This document shows, in pieces, positions 41,840 through 51,318 of a stretch of DNA of 64,000 nt (positions within the stretch are counted from its first letter, which is position 1; each line of letters starts with the position of its first letter). The stretch is taken from the NCBI GenBank assembly GCA_051251915.1, contig JBPOGF010000010.1:90324-154323 (forward strand), in the 5' to 3' direction. Under the pieces are notes generated by a model. That model was given only the letters and a program-made list of their open reading frames with translations, was not told the DNA's origin and did not search any database. Source of the DNA: Akkermansiaceae bacterium. Its GTDB lineage: Bacteria > Verrucomicrobiota > Verrucomicrobiia > Verrucomicrobiales > Akkermansiaceae. Position numbers and translations under genes: made by a program.

Positions 41840-42679
41840 ATGACTGACCAAGAAATGATGGAATGCTCAACACCTGAAATGCAGGTGGAGCGACTGAAAG
41901 CAATCATGCACCGACTGCGGGCGCCGGGTGGTTGTCCTTGGGATGCTGAGCAGACGCATGAGAGTCTGATTTCTAATTTGATAGAGGAGGCTTATGAGGT
42001 GGTGGATGCGATCAAGAGGGAGGATCATCCGCATTTGGAGGAGGAGTTGGGGGATTTGTTGTTGCAGGTGGTGTTTCATAGTGAGATGGCGCAGGAAGCT
42101 GGGCGGTATGATATGAATGATGTGGCGCGGGGGATTTCTGAGAAGTTGATCCGTAGGCATCCACATGTGTTTGGTGATAGTGATGTTGGGGATACTGAGG
42201 GTGTGCTGAGTCAGTGGGATGAGATAAAGCGACAGGAGAAGGGGAGTGAGGAAAAACCTTACCTCCATGGAGTGGGTGATGGTTTGCCGGCGATGTTGAA
42301 GGCGGCGAAGCTACAGAAGAAGGCTAGTAAGGTGGGGTTTGATTGGGAGGATGCGAAGTCTATCTTGGTGAAGGTGAAGGAGGAACTTGGGGAGGTGGAG
42401 GAGGCTTTTGAGAATTATGAGGAAGGGGGAGTGGTGCCGGATGAGCTAGAGGCGGAGATAGGGGATTTGTTGTTTGTGACGGTGAATGTGGCGCGTAAGT
42501 TAGGGGTGGATCCGGAGGTGGCAGTGGATAGGACGAACCATAAGTTTATGGATCGGTTTGGGAAGTTGGAGGCTCGGTTGAAGGCTCGGGGGATTTCGTT
42601 GAAGGATGCTACGATGGAGGAGATGGATGCGGAGTGGGATAAGGCTCGGCAGGAGGATCAGGGGAGGGTATCAATTTAG
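41840..42679 (+). CDS. mazG: Nucleoside triphosphate pyrophosphohydrolase MazG
   Basis: LRAPGGCPWDAEQT, EEAYEV, EELGDLL, RRHPHVF, second domain EIGDLLF. Confidence 0.95.
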   Translation: MTDQEMMECSTPEMQVERLKAIMHRLRAPGGCPWDAEQTHESLISNLIEEAYEVVDAIKREDHPHLEEELGDLLLQVVFHSEMAQEAGRYDMNDVARGISEKLIRRHPHVFGDSDVGDTEGVLSQWDEIKRQEKGSEEKPYLHGVGDGLPAMLKAAKLQKKASKVGFDWEDAKSILVKVKEELGEVEEAFENYEEGGVVPDELEAEIGDLLFVTVNVARKLGVDPEVAVDRTNHKFMDRFGKLEARLKARGISLKDATMEEMDAEWDKARQEDQGRVSI

Positions 42680-42752
42680 GATTTATGATTTAGGATTTAG
42701 GCTGTCTGTGGGTTGTTGTTGACTTGGTGAGTCTGATTGATGATAAGAAGTT

Positions 42753-43433
42753 ATGAGTGTGAGAAGATGTTATCAGGCTAGTATTGCTATTTTGTTGATG
42801 GTTACTTCACCATTATTTGCTAGAACCTTTACGAATTCTAAGGGCGAGACGATTAAGGCGACTCTTATCTCTGCGAATGAAAGGACTGTTACTCTGAGGC
42901 TAGATAAGAACAGGAAGATATTTACGATAGACAAATCGACTCTTTCTAGAGCGGATCAGATTTACATTGATGCATTGCAGAAGGAGGAAGATGCGAAAGC
43001 TGATGCTGAGAGAGAGGCTGTGGATGCAAAGCAGAGGACGGAAGAGGCCATCGCTAAAATTGTTGAATTTACGAAAGCTAATAAAGGAAAGAAAGTGGGG
43101 GATGGTGAGTGCTTTACTCTGGCTAACGAGGCTTTCAAAGCTGCAGGTATAGCGCGTAAAGATAGGCCTGGTAATAGGGAATGGGGGAGGCTGGTTGATT
43201 GGAAAAAAGAACAGGTTCAGCCTGGGGATATTCTTGAGTTAAGAAGTGCTGTGTTTCCAGGTACGACCACGGGACCATTTCATACCGCGGTTATTATGTC
43301 TAAGGGGAGAAGGGGGAATTTTGATACTATGGAGCAAAATGTGGGTAATAAAAAAATAGTAGTGGCTCGTAGTTATTCACTCGGTGATCTGAAAAGAGGG
43401 GAAGTGTTTGTCTATCGGTTTGAGTATCAATAG
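42753..43433 (+). CDS. Secreted protein: SHD1-like N-domain plus CHAP/papain-like C-domain
   Basis: Signal peptide; RTFTNSKGETIKATL; VGDGECFTLA...HTAVI...EQN. Confidence 0.6.
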   Translation: MSVRRCYQASIAILLMVTSPLFARTFTNSKGETIKATLISANERTVTLRLDKNRKIFTIDKSTLSRADQIYIDALQKEEDAKADAEREAVDAKQRTEEAIAKIVEFTKANKGKKVGDGECFTLANEAFKAAGIARKDRPGNREWGRLVDWKKEQVQPGDILELRSAVFPGTTTGPFHTAVIMSKGRRGNFDTMEQNVGNKKIVVARSYSLGDLKRGEVFVYRFEYQ

Positions 43434-43464
43434 ACGGTTTGATAGGTCTTCTGGGTGGCTTGGA

Positions 43465-44391
43465 TTATGATTCATCAAGTCTGGATGATTTATAGAGTTT
43501 ATCTGCGAGGCGTTGGATTTTGCTGTGCCATGCTATTTTTTTAAGCCAATGTTTTGGTATGCCTTTTTTTCCGTAGTAGCTACCAGCTATCTGACCGTAT
43601 ACGGCTCCTGTTGTATCTGCATCATCTCCTAAATTTACGGCTAGAAGGGCTCCTTGCTCGAAGTTATCGCTGTTCCAGAATGCCCATAGGGCGGCTTCTA
43701 GGCTGTCGACGACGTAGCCAGATCCTCTTATTTCTTCAGATTGCTTAGTTTGATATGAACCTTGGAGGATTGCTTTAATTTTTTGGGTGTTAGGTTCGAT
43801 GCTATTAATGAGTGCTGAACTGGAGAGGGCTTCTTGCTTGGATTGTCCATGTAGGAAGTTCACGAGTATGCAGGCCATAGTGCGGCAAGCATCTATGCAT
43901 TCTGCTGATCCGTGAGTGGTCTTAGAGCTTTCGGCTGATTGGTGAATTGCGATGTCTTTTTCAGTCGCGTAAAACAAAGGGACTGGTGCAAGGCGCATGA
44001 TAGAACCGTTACCGGCAGAGCTAGGGTCTTGTGATCCTGCATATGGTTGATGATTAATCCGGTAGCATTCTAAAGCTTGTTTTACTGTGTTGCCTATGTC
44101 GAAGCAGCGACCAGTGACACTATTGTGTCCTGTTTTCCACCATGAGAGGTATCTTTCTAGGTGATCCGGGAGGTTCATGCCGTTATTAGCGACGAGGCTT
44201 TCGGCTAGGCATAATGCCATGGAGGTGTCATCGGTCCATTGACCTGCTTTTAAGTCGAATGGTCCGCCTCCGATGATGTCTGTCATGGGTTTGAATGTTC
44301 CGCGTTGGGAGAATTCGACTGTGGTTCCAAGGGCGTCGCCCGTGGCTAGGCCTAGTAGGGCTCCTCTGTATCTATCTTTTACGGTATTCAT
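43465..44391 (-). CDS. ADP-ribosylglycohydrolase (DraG/ARH family)
   Basis: GLATGDALG, WTDDT, GNGSIMR, GDDADTTGA. Confidence 0.93.
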   Translation of the reverse strand: MNTVKDRYRGALLGLATGDALGTTVEFSQRGTFKPMTDIIGGGPFDLKAGQWTDDTSMALCLAESLVANNGMNLPDHLERYLSWWKTGHNSVTGRCFDIGNTVKQALECYRINHQPYAGSQDPSSAGNGSIMRLAPVPLFYATEKDIAIHQSAESSKTTHGSAECIDACRTMACILVNFLHGQSKQEALSSSALINSIEPNTQKIKAILQGSYQTKQSEEIRGSGYVVDSLEAALWAFWNSDNFEQGALLAVNLGDDADTTGAVYGQIAGSYYGKKGIPKHWLKKIAWHSKIQRLADKLYKSSRLDES

Positions 44392-44402
44392 GATTCTAGG
44401 GT

Positions 44403-45017
44403 TTAGGTTAAATCTCTGCTGTGGATTAATTTTACGCCGGCTTGTTGCATTTCTTGAATAGCGAGTTCAGAGTCATTTACTAGGAGGTTTACTCCTCTAA
44501 CAGCATCGACTATGAGGGTGGTGTTGAAGTTTTCTTGGATGGCGTCTAGGGCGGTGAATTTTACGCAGTAGTCTGTGGCTAAGCCTACGAGGTGAAGCTC
44601 TGTGGTTCCGATTTCTTTTAGGTGTTCTGTTAGGCCGGTTGATTTTAGGTGGCCGTTGTCGTGGAAGCCGCTGTAGCTGTCGATGGTGGGGTCGGTTCCT
44701 TTTCTGAAGATGGTGTCGATGCGTTGGGTTTGTAGGCTCTGGGCGAAGTTGGCTCCATGGGTTCCTTGGACGCAGTGGGTGGGCCAGAGAATTTGATTTA
44801 GGCCGGCGAGCTCGATGAAGTCGCCGATGCTTTTTCCTGGGTGGTTTGCTGCGAAGCTGCCGTGATCTGAAGGGTGGTAGTCTTGGGTGGCTACTACGTG
44901 GTCATATTGTGGCATGAGTTCATTGACGATGGGAATGATCTCGTTGCCTCCGGTGACTGCGAGTGAGCCACCTGGTAGGAAGTCGTTTTGGATGTCGATG
45001 ATGAGTAGTGTTTTCAT
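44403..45017 (-). CDS. pncA: Nicotinamidase/pyrazinamidase
   Basis: IDIQNDF, DYHP..H, WPTHCVQGT, GLATDYCVKFT. Confidence 0.95.
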   Translation of the reverse strand: MKTLLIIDIQNDFLPGGSLAVTGGNEIIPIVNELMPQYDHVVATQDYHPSDHGSFAANHPGKSIGDFIELAGLNQILWPTHCVQGTHGANFAQSLQTQRIDTIFRKGTDPTIDSYSGFHDNGHLKSTGLTEHLKEIGTTELHLVGLATDYCVKFTALDAIQENFNTTLIVDAVRGVNLLVNDSELAIQEMQQAGVKLIHSRDLT

Positions 45018-45021
45018 GTTG

Positions 45022-46188
45022 TTAGATGGCTTCGTGGAGGAGAAGAGGGCTGGTGTTGTTAGTGTCTAGTCTGATGGTTTTGTCAGGGTTGTGTTCCTTG
45101 GCTACGAGGACGGCTGTTAGGTCTGTGTCTAGGTTTTTGAGGTGATCCCATTCTGCCAGTTGTAGCTGGAGCATTTGTTGTTTGTGGTTTTTCTCAGCCT
45201 CTTGGTTTTCTTTTTTGAAGGCTAAGTCTTGATCGTGGATTTTCTTATTGTGGTTGAGTTGGTGTTGTTGGGCTCGGTTTTGTTCTTCACGTTGTTCTGT
45301 TGCTCTTTCGTGTTCTTTGGTTTGCTTGAGGTCGGTGAGTTCTTGTTGCTGGTGTTCTATTTCTGTTTCTAGGACTAACTTGGTTCTCGTTTCAATGGCG
45401 TGATCATGCATGGCTTGGAGCTGGTTGCTGGCAGCGTAGCCTCGGTAGACTACTTTGTTGATTCTGTAGCCTATGCGTTTTGCGCCTTCGACTAGGGCTT
45501 GGTAGGTTTCGATTTTGTTTAGTTCAGGGGTGCGTGTTTTGAAGGTTTCGAAGCTGCAAGCACCAGCGAAACGGATGACATCGGCTGTGAGGGCATTGAT
45601 GAAATCTGCTATGGGGTCATGGGTTTCTTGGAGCATTTTTTCTATGTCTATGAGTTCGAAGAATACCATGAGTTTTGCGGTGATGAGTGCTTCATCTGCG
45701 GTGCGGACTCCTGCTACGTCGAAATACATTTGATCTGGGATCACGCGTAGTTTTTCGAAGTTGAGGGCTCTGGGGACTTTCTCACCGTTGCCTTTGTCTC
45801 CGTGCCAGCGGAACTGGTGGAGTGTTTCGGTGGGAGTGGGGATGTAGATGGCTGGTCCGTTGAGGATACGGTGAGTTACTTTCCCTGCTGCTTCATTATA
45901 GATCACGATGGCTTCGTGGGCATCGAGGTGCGTCACGGGTTTGGTGAGGATTTGCTGGTGGATGAGGGGATCTATCCATTGAACACATGGACCAGGTAGG
46001 TGTTCTGTATGACCATCTAGGAATGTGATTTCTAGGTATTGGTCTTCTGCTGCGTTGATACGCTTTAGAGGTTGGAGTTTGGTAAAGGGAGCGAATATTG
46101 TTTTGGGTCCTATGATGATGTCGCGAGTTCCGTTAGGGTTCCAGCGTATGGCGGCTTGGCCGTCTTGTATTGTTTTTGTGAGTATCAT
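45022..46188 (-). CDS. Major-vault-protein-like / SPFH-domain coiled-coil protein
   Basis: Three GP-containing beta repeats, a shoulder-like VRTADEALITAKL...DPIADFINAL segment and a long C-terminal coiled coil. Confidence 0.6.
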   Translation of the reverse strand: MILTKTIQDGQAAIRWNPNGTRDIIIGPKTIFAPFTKLQPLKRINAAEDQYLEITFLDGHTEHLPGPCVQWIDPLIHQQILTKPVTHLDAHEAIVIYNEAAGKVTHRILNGPAIYIPTPTETLHQFRWHGDKGNGEKVPRALNFEKLRVIPDQMYFDVAGVRTADEALITAKLMVFFELIDIEKMLQETHDPIADFINALTADVIRFAGACSFETFKTRTPELNKIETYQALVEGAKRIGYRINKVVYRGYAASNQLQAMHDHAIETRTKLVLETEIEHQQQELTDLKQTKEHERATEQREEQNRAQQHQLNHNKKIHDQDLAFKKENQEAEKNHKQQMLQLQLAEWDHLKNLDTDLTAVLVAKEHNPDKTIRLDTNNTSPLLLHEAI

Positions 46189-46194
46189 GGTGAT

Positions 46195-46761
46195 TTAAGT
46201 TTTGATAGTTTCTATATCTATTTGGCGGATGAATTTCGTTGGGATGTATTCACTGAGCCATACTTGGTTTTCTGTGACGAAGAATTGGTGACCTTCTTCG
46301 TGCATTTTTTTAGCGTTGATTTCGATGAGTCGAGGTTGTCCTCTGCGGCGAGCAACTTCTAACATCAGAGGTATGTTTTCTGACATGTGGACGTGGTGTC
46401 GTTGTTGCTTTTTGAGTCCTTCTTGTAAGATCGAGTCGATGTATTTGGAAGGAGTGCCGTGGTAGAGGAGTTCAGGTGGATTGGAAGGTGTGTAGCCTAA
46501 ATCCACCTTTACCGAGTACCCCTGACGTGCTCTGATTGATGATTTGGATTCATCAAACTCGAATCGTTGTTTCGGGTTTTCTGTTACGAGGGTTTTGAGC
46601 ATTAGTTCGTTTAGATGAGTGCCTTTGCTTTTTAGTGCCTGGAGGAGATCAGCGATTTTGACCCAACCATTTGGGGCTAGTTCTAAGCCTACGCTTTGAG
46701 GATTGTGTCTGAGAATGAGGCTCAGACGCTTGCTGATTTTTGTTTGTTGTTTAGTGTTCAT
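46195..46761 (-). CDS. kptA: RNA 2'-phosphotransferase (Tpt1/KptA)
   Basis: SKRLSLILRH, KQRF, IRARQGYS, LYHGT, RHHVHMS, VWL. Confidence 0.93.
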   Translation of the reverse strand: MNTKQQTKISKRLSLILRHNPQSVGLELAPNGWVKIADLLQALKSKGTHLNELMLKTLVTENPKQRFEFDESKSSIRARQGYSVKVDLGYTPSNPPELLYHGTPSKYIDSILQEGLKKQQRHHVHMSENIPLMLEVARRRGQPRLIEINAKKMHEEGHQFFVTENQVWLSEYIPTKFIRQIDIETIKT

Positions 46762-46779
46762 GTTTTTAAATTTGTTAGA

Positions 46780-46992
46780 TTACGCGGGCTCGAGGTTGTT
46801 CTCGAAGTATTGCTTTGCGACTAACCACGTGTCGTCGTGATTTTCTGGGTTACGGGCGATCATGTCGCCAGGTTGAGGTGATCCATTTTCTTTATCGGCA
46901 TCAGTGATTGAGACGTGACTTAGATCTTCTCCTTTTATGTATGGCCTCATTTCTGAGATGCCTTTTCTTATGTAATGCTTGGATTCTGTCAT
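46780..46992 (-). CDS. Small hypothetical protein (70 aa)
   Basis: Tightly packed in the operon; GSPQPGDMIARNPENHDDTWLVAKQYF. Confidence 0.75.
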   Translation of the reverse strand: MTESKHYIRKGISEMRPYIKGEDLSHVSITDADKENGSPQPGDMIARNPENHDDTWLVAKQYFENNLEPA

Positions 46993-46993
46993 T

Positions 46994-47560
46994 TTATTTT
47001 TTTCTAAGTTGAGACCTAGTTTGCATGAGAGCGTAGCCTAATAGGTTTAGTCCGTTCCATGTGTTTGGGTCTTCGATGGTTGGAATGTCTGATGCCATGC
47101 CGATTCCCCAGATGCGATCTGGTGGGCTGGCTTCGACTAGTATCCTGTTGGTTGTAGCCTCTAGAAAGGCGTGAAGTTTTGGGTTCTGTGTGAATTTGGC
47201 GATGTTTCCTTTTACTACGATGTCGAATCTGTGCTGTAGCCAGGTGTCTTCATCAAAGTTTTTGATGCTTCGGCCCAGTTTCTTGGCGTGGCTTGGTGTT
47301 TCTGAATTAATGATTTTGATTCTGGTTTCTTTGTCATCGAAGAGTAATGCCTTTTCAGCCATCATGTAGTGTTCAGCCGTTTTGTAGGTGATGCAGTCTA
47401 TCTCGAATGGTGATACATACCATTGGCTGAAGCATGATTTAGTGATGAAGCCGTTCTTTGGTGGTGTGTGCCCCCAGAAGAATAGATATTTGACTGTGTT
47501 TGCTTCTTGGAGATATTGTAAGAGATCGTTGTTAGATTTTATGTTGTTGATGTCGGTCAT
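46994..47560 (-). CDS. NADAR family protein (YbiA-like)
   Basis: FSQWY, TAEHYMMAEKA, AKKLGR, KFTQN, VEASPPDRIWGIG, GLNLLG. Confidence 0.93.
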   Translation of the reverse strand: MTDINNIKSNNDLLQYLQEANTVKYLFFWGHTPPKNGFITKSCFSQWYVSPFEIDCITYKTAEHYMMAEKALLFDDKETRIKIINSETPSHAKKLGRSIKNFDEDTWLQHRFDIVVKGNIAKFTQNPKLHAFLEATTNRILVEASPPDRIWGIGMASDIPTIEDPNTWNGLNLLGYALMQTRSQLRKK

Positions 47561-47574
47561 TGTATTGAGAGTTG

Positions 47575-48273
47575 TTAGAGTTCGAAGTTGATGCCTTGTT
47601 TGACTAACTTCTGGTATTTTTTTTGGTCGAATTGGTAGAGGCGGGCGGCTCTGCGGGCTACGTCTTGTTCGACTTCATTGGTCTCGATGAGGATGTCTAG
47701 TTTGAGGACTTTTTTGCGGAAGTTTCGTTTGTCGATTTCAGTTTCTAGGATGATCTCGTAGAGGTGTTGGAGTTGGGTGAGGGTGAATTTGGTGGGTAGT
47801 AGCTCGAAGCCGATTGGCTCGTAGCGTAGTTTTCCTTTGAGGCGTTGTTTTGCTTTGTTGAGGATATCTTGGTGATCGAATGCTAGTTTTGGGAGGTCGT
47901 CTTGATCAAACCATGCGGCGTTTCTTGCGTCTGTGGCTGCTTCTGGTCTGTGTTCAACGAGATTGACTAGGGCGAAGTAGGCTACGGTGACTACCTGTTC
48001 ACGGGGGTCACGGTTCGGTGCTCCGAATGTGTAGAGTTGTTCTAGGTAGATTCCTTTGAGTCCTGTTTCTTCTTCTAGTTCTCTACGAGCGCAGTCATCG
48101 ATAGATTCACCCATTTTTATAAAGCCACCTGGTAATGCCCATTCACCTTCGAAGGGGGCGATGTCTCTCTGGATTAAGAGGACTTTGAGGTCTTCTTCGT
48201 CTAGGCCGAATACTACACAGTCTGTTGTGAGGGCTGGTCTTTCGTAGGCGTATGTAAATTTTTTAGTCGTCAT
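47575..48273 (-). CDS. nrtR: NrtR Nudix-related transcriptional regulator
   Basis: Nudix box (WALPGG...[10 protein letters not shown]), RDPR, LAFDH, wHTH ([11 protein letters not shown]...DKRNFRKK...RAARLY). Confidence 0.92.
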   Translation of the reverse strand: MTTKKFTYAYERPALTTDCVVFGLDEEDLKVLLIQRDIAPFEGEWALPGGFIKMGESIDDCARRELEEETGLKGIYLEQLYTFGAPNRDPREQVVTVAYFALVNLVEHRPEAATDARNAAWFDQDDLPKLAFDHQDILNKAKQRLKGKLRYEPIGFELLPTKFTLTQLQHLYEIILETEIDKRNFRKKVLKLDILIETNEVEQDVARRAARLYQFDQKKYQKLVKQGINFEL

Positions 48274-48296
48274 GATTTTGTTGTATGGATGTAATT

Positions 48297-48345
48297 TAGT
48301 GTATTTTTTACACTATGCAAGAATCAAAGTGTTTTTTTTACACTT
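48297..48345. promoter_or_regulatory. Tandem NrtR operators
   Basis: TAGTGT-ATTTTTT-ACACTA (48297-48315) and AAGTGT-TTTTTTT-ACACTT (48327-48345); both fit the GT-N7-AC core. Confidence 0.85.
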
Positions 48346-48453
48346 ATTTGTGTGTTTTGGTTATAGTGTTTTTTTTCTGTTCTCTCAGCTTGGTCGAAGG
48401 AGATCTTTCATAGGTATTCTACAACTATTCAGCGTTGGTTCTGTTAAACATTT

Positions 48454-49902
48454 ATGCGACTAAAACAATTGACCACGACGGCAGCGTTCTTGATTTCTTG
48501 CACGATATCATTGAGTGCGCAGACTATTTATTATCCAGTGGTAGATACGGGGCAGACCTCGGCTTATGGGGACTACTCGGGGCAGGACGCCAACTATGCT
48601 GGTCATGCAGCTTCGTATAAAGTTAGCAACGGCACAGTTACTGACACTGTGACTGGCCTGATGTGGACGAAAGATCCGGGAGCTAAGATGAGCTATGCTG
48701 AAGCGGTGAAGAATGCACCAAAATGTGAGGTTGGTGGGCACAAGGATTGGCGTCTTCCAACCATAAAAGAGCTCTACTCGCTGATTAAGCTCGATGGGAT
48801 TGATCCTGATCCGATGGCAAAGGACACTACCAATCTGAAGCCGTTTATTGATGTCTCTGTGTTCGACTTTAAGTATGGTGATCCATCCAAGGGTGAGCGC
48901 ATTATCGACTCACAGTTTGCCACATCCACGAAGTATGTGAGTACAACAATGGGTGGGGACGAAACTCTGTTTGGGGTTAATTTTGCTGATGGTAGGATCA
49001 AGGGCTATCCTATTAAAAACCGCCGAGGGGAGAAGACTTTCCATGTTCTTTACGTTCGTGGAAATAGCGATTATGGGGTGAACAAGTTTAAGGATAATGG
49101 TGACGGCACGATCAGTGATGTGGCCACGGGGCTGACCTGGATGAAGGCAGATAGTGAGCAAGGGATGGATTGGCCGACGGCTTTGAAATACGCTGCTGAC
49201 ATGGAGTTGGCCGGCCATTCTGACTGGAGGCTTCCCAATGCTAAGGAGTTACAGAGTATCGTGGATTATACGCGGTCTCCGGATACGAGTGATTCGGCAG
49301 CGATTAATCAGGTATTTGAATCAACAGCTATCAAGAACGAAGGAGGGAAAAAGGACTTTGGTCATTACTGGAGTAGTAGCACGCATGTTAGTAGTCGGAG
49401 CAATACTGCGGCTAGTTATTTCGCATTTGGGCGCTCGCTGGGTTGGATGGGGAGTGGTGATGAGAAGACGCTGATGGATGTGCACGGTGCGGGTTCACAG
49501 CGATCAGATCCTAAGACTGGGGATGCTTCAAAGTTTCCTTTCGGACATGGTCCTCAGGGTGATGTGATACGCATCAAAAACATGGTGCGCTTGGTGCGTG
49601 GTGGCGAGGTGAAAGAGGTAGATGCTCCTGTAGTGGGAGAAATGGTACACAGTAAAGCGGGAGGTGAGAAACGTTTTAAAGAGCTCGCAAAAGATCAAGG
49701 TGAGAAACCTGAGCCGAACAGGGAGCAAGGTGGTGGAGGCTTCATCACGCGTGAAGATAAAAATGGTGATGGCAAAGTTTCCAAGGGTGAATTTGGCGGG
49801 CCGGCTAAGCATTTCGAACGTTTTGATAAAAATAAAGATGGGTATCTCACCGAAGATGAAGCGCCAAAAGGAAGACATGAAGGCCAAACTCAACGTCGAT
49901 AA
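48454..49902 (+). CDS. Secreted DUF1566 (Lcl-like) two-domain protein with C-terminal EF-hand-like motifs
   Basis: Two GTVTD..TGLMW...DWRLP..KEL repeats; DKNGDGKVSKGE, DKNKDGYLTEDE. Confidence 0.85.
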   Translation: MRLKQLTTTAAFLISCTISLSAQTIYYPVVDTGQTSAYGDYSGQDANYAGHAASYKVSNGTVTDTVTGLMWTKDPGAKMSYAEAVKNAPKCEVGGHKDWRLPTIKELYSLIKLDGIDPDPMAKDTTNLKPFIDVSVFDFKYGDPSKGERIIDSQFATSTKYVSTTMGGDETLFGVNFADGRIKGYPIKNRRGEKTFHVLYVRGNSDYGVNKFKDNGDGTISDVATGLTWMKADSEQGMDWPTALKYAADMELAGHSDWRLPNAKELQSIVDYTRSPDTSDSAAINQVFESTAIKNEGGKKDFGHYWSSSTHVSSRSNTAASYFAFGRSLGWMGSGDEKTLMDVHGAGSQRSDPKTGDASKFPFGHGPQGDVIRIKNMVRLVRGGEVKEVDAPVVGEMVHSKAGGEKRFKELAKDQGEKPEPNREQGGGGFITREDKNGDGKVSKGEFGGPAKHFERFDKNKDGYLTEDEAPKGRHEGQTQRR

Positions 49903-49907
49903 TTATT

Positions 49908-51305
49908 ATGAAATCAAGCATCGTTCAGAACGTTCTATTGAGTGTCTTTTCATTTTCCTGCATCAGCATTCTGCATGGAGCAGAGTCTGCGCCTAAGTCT
50001 CCTAACATCGTCTTCATTTATGCTGATGATATGGGATGGACGGGAACTTCCGTAGAGATGATGAAGGGGGGGGCCTCCAGCAAGAGTGACTATTATCAGA
50101 CTCCTCAGCTCGAAAAACTGGCAGCCAGAGGCATGGTCTTTTCGCAGGCGTATTCACCTAGTTCGCTGTGCACACCAAGCCGAGCTGCAGTGCTGACTGG
50201 TAAGACACCGGCGGAGCTTAATCTCACCACTCCAGGTCCAGGTAGAACGGACAGCACGAAGAAGGTTTTGACGCCAGAACCTACTACGCGTTTGTCTGAG
50301 GAACAGCTAACGATAGGAACGATGCTCAAAGCGCAAGGGTATGCCACTGCTTTGCTAGGGAAGTGGCATATCGGACGTAGCGATGATGCTGGCATGTATG
50401 GGTTTGAGCTGCATGATGGTAGCACTCAGAACGAATCCAAAGGAACTGATGAGGATCCGAAGGAGATTCTGAGTCTGACAAAACGTGGGATTGATTTCAT
50501 GCAAAAAAATGCGGCTGAGGGAAAACCGTTTTACCTACAGATTTCACACTACGCTGTCCATGCTCCTATTCAGAGTAAGCCTGAAAGTATCGAGCGATTT
50601 AAATCGGTTGCTGTAGGAAAAGTTCATAAAGACGCTGACTATGCTGGGATGACTTGGGATCTGGATGCCAGCTTGGCTCAGATTTTTGAGGCAGTTGAAG
50701 ACCTTAAGATCGCTGATCATACTTATATTGTTTTCATGTCTGATAATGGTGCGCCGGGTAAAGGCCGTGTGCCTAACAATGCTCCGCTTCAAGGGGGGAA
50801 GGGGACGCTTTACGAAGGTGGGATTCGGGTTCCTTTGATTGTTGTTGGGCCTGGGGTGTTGAGAGGTTATTGCGCTCATGGGGTTAGCGGTACTGATCTG
50901 TTTGCTACTTTTTCGGCATGGGCGGGATCGCAAGTTATGACTAGTGAGAGTCAAGATTTGACTCCTTTGCTAACTGGGAATCAAGAAAATTTCAAGCGAG
51001 AGAAGAGTCTTCTGTTTCACTTTCCGCACTATGGTAAGGGACCGCAGCAAGTTCCTCAGACGGCTGTTATAGACGGCGACTGGAAGTTGCTCAGAGATTG
51101 GGAGTCGGGAGGTTATCAACTTTATAACCTGAAGAGTGACATCAGTGAATCTGAGGATCTTTCTGGCACCGAACTGCAGAAATTCCACAGTATGGTCGAG
51201 GTCATGGAATCACGGCTCAAAGAAACGAAGGCTCAATTGCCGGTGGATAATGCTAATTACGATCCAGCAGCTGAATCTAAGGTCAGGCGAGGTGGGAGAA
51301 AGTAA
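49908..51305 (+). CDS. Sulfatase (S1)
   Basis: PNIVFIYADDMGW, CTPSRAAVLTG, GKWH. Confidence 0.93.
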   Translation: MKSSIVQNVLLSVFSFSCISILHGAESAPKSPNIVFIYADDMGWTGTSVEMMKGGASSKSDYYQTPQLEKLAARGMVFSQAYSPSSLCTPSRAAVLTGKTPAELNLTTPGPGRTDSTKKVLTPEPTTRLSEEQLTIGTMLKAQGYATALLGKWHIGRSDDAGMYGFELHDGSTQNESKGTDEDPKEILSLTKRGIDFMQKNAAEGKPFYLQISHYAVHAPIQSKPESIERFKSVAVGKVHKDADYAGMTWDLDASLAQIFEAVEDLKIADHTYIVFMSDNGAPGKGRVPNNAPLQGGKGTLYEGGIRVPLIVVGPGVLRGYCAHGVSGTDLFATFSAWAGSQVMTSESQDLTPLLTGNQENFKREKSLLFHFPHYGKGPQQVPQTAVIDGDWKLLRDWESGGYQLYNLKSDISESEDLSGTELQKFHSMVEVMESRLKETKAQLPVDNANYDPAAESKVRRGGRK

Positions 51306-51318
51306 TCTGCTACTGGTT

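Noticed and set aside
39301..41840. A local DGR template repeat near the target genes
   Set aside because: No AAC-rich copy of the VR was found by eye in the flanks or elsewhere in the window. Neither VR can be the other's template, because many mismatched positions are non-A in both.
42675..42702. Heptamer tandem repeats (ATTTAGG-like); similar short repeats near 33752-33787 and 36154-36176
   Set aside because: Only 3-4 degenerate units with no spacers or associated gene; not CRISPR and too short to interpret.
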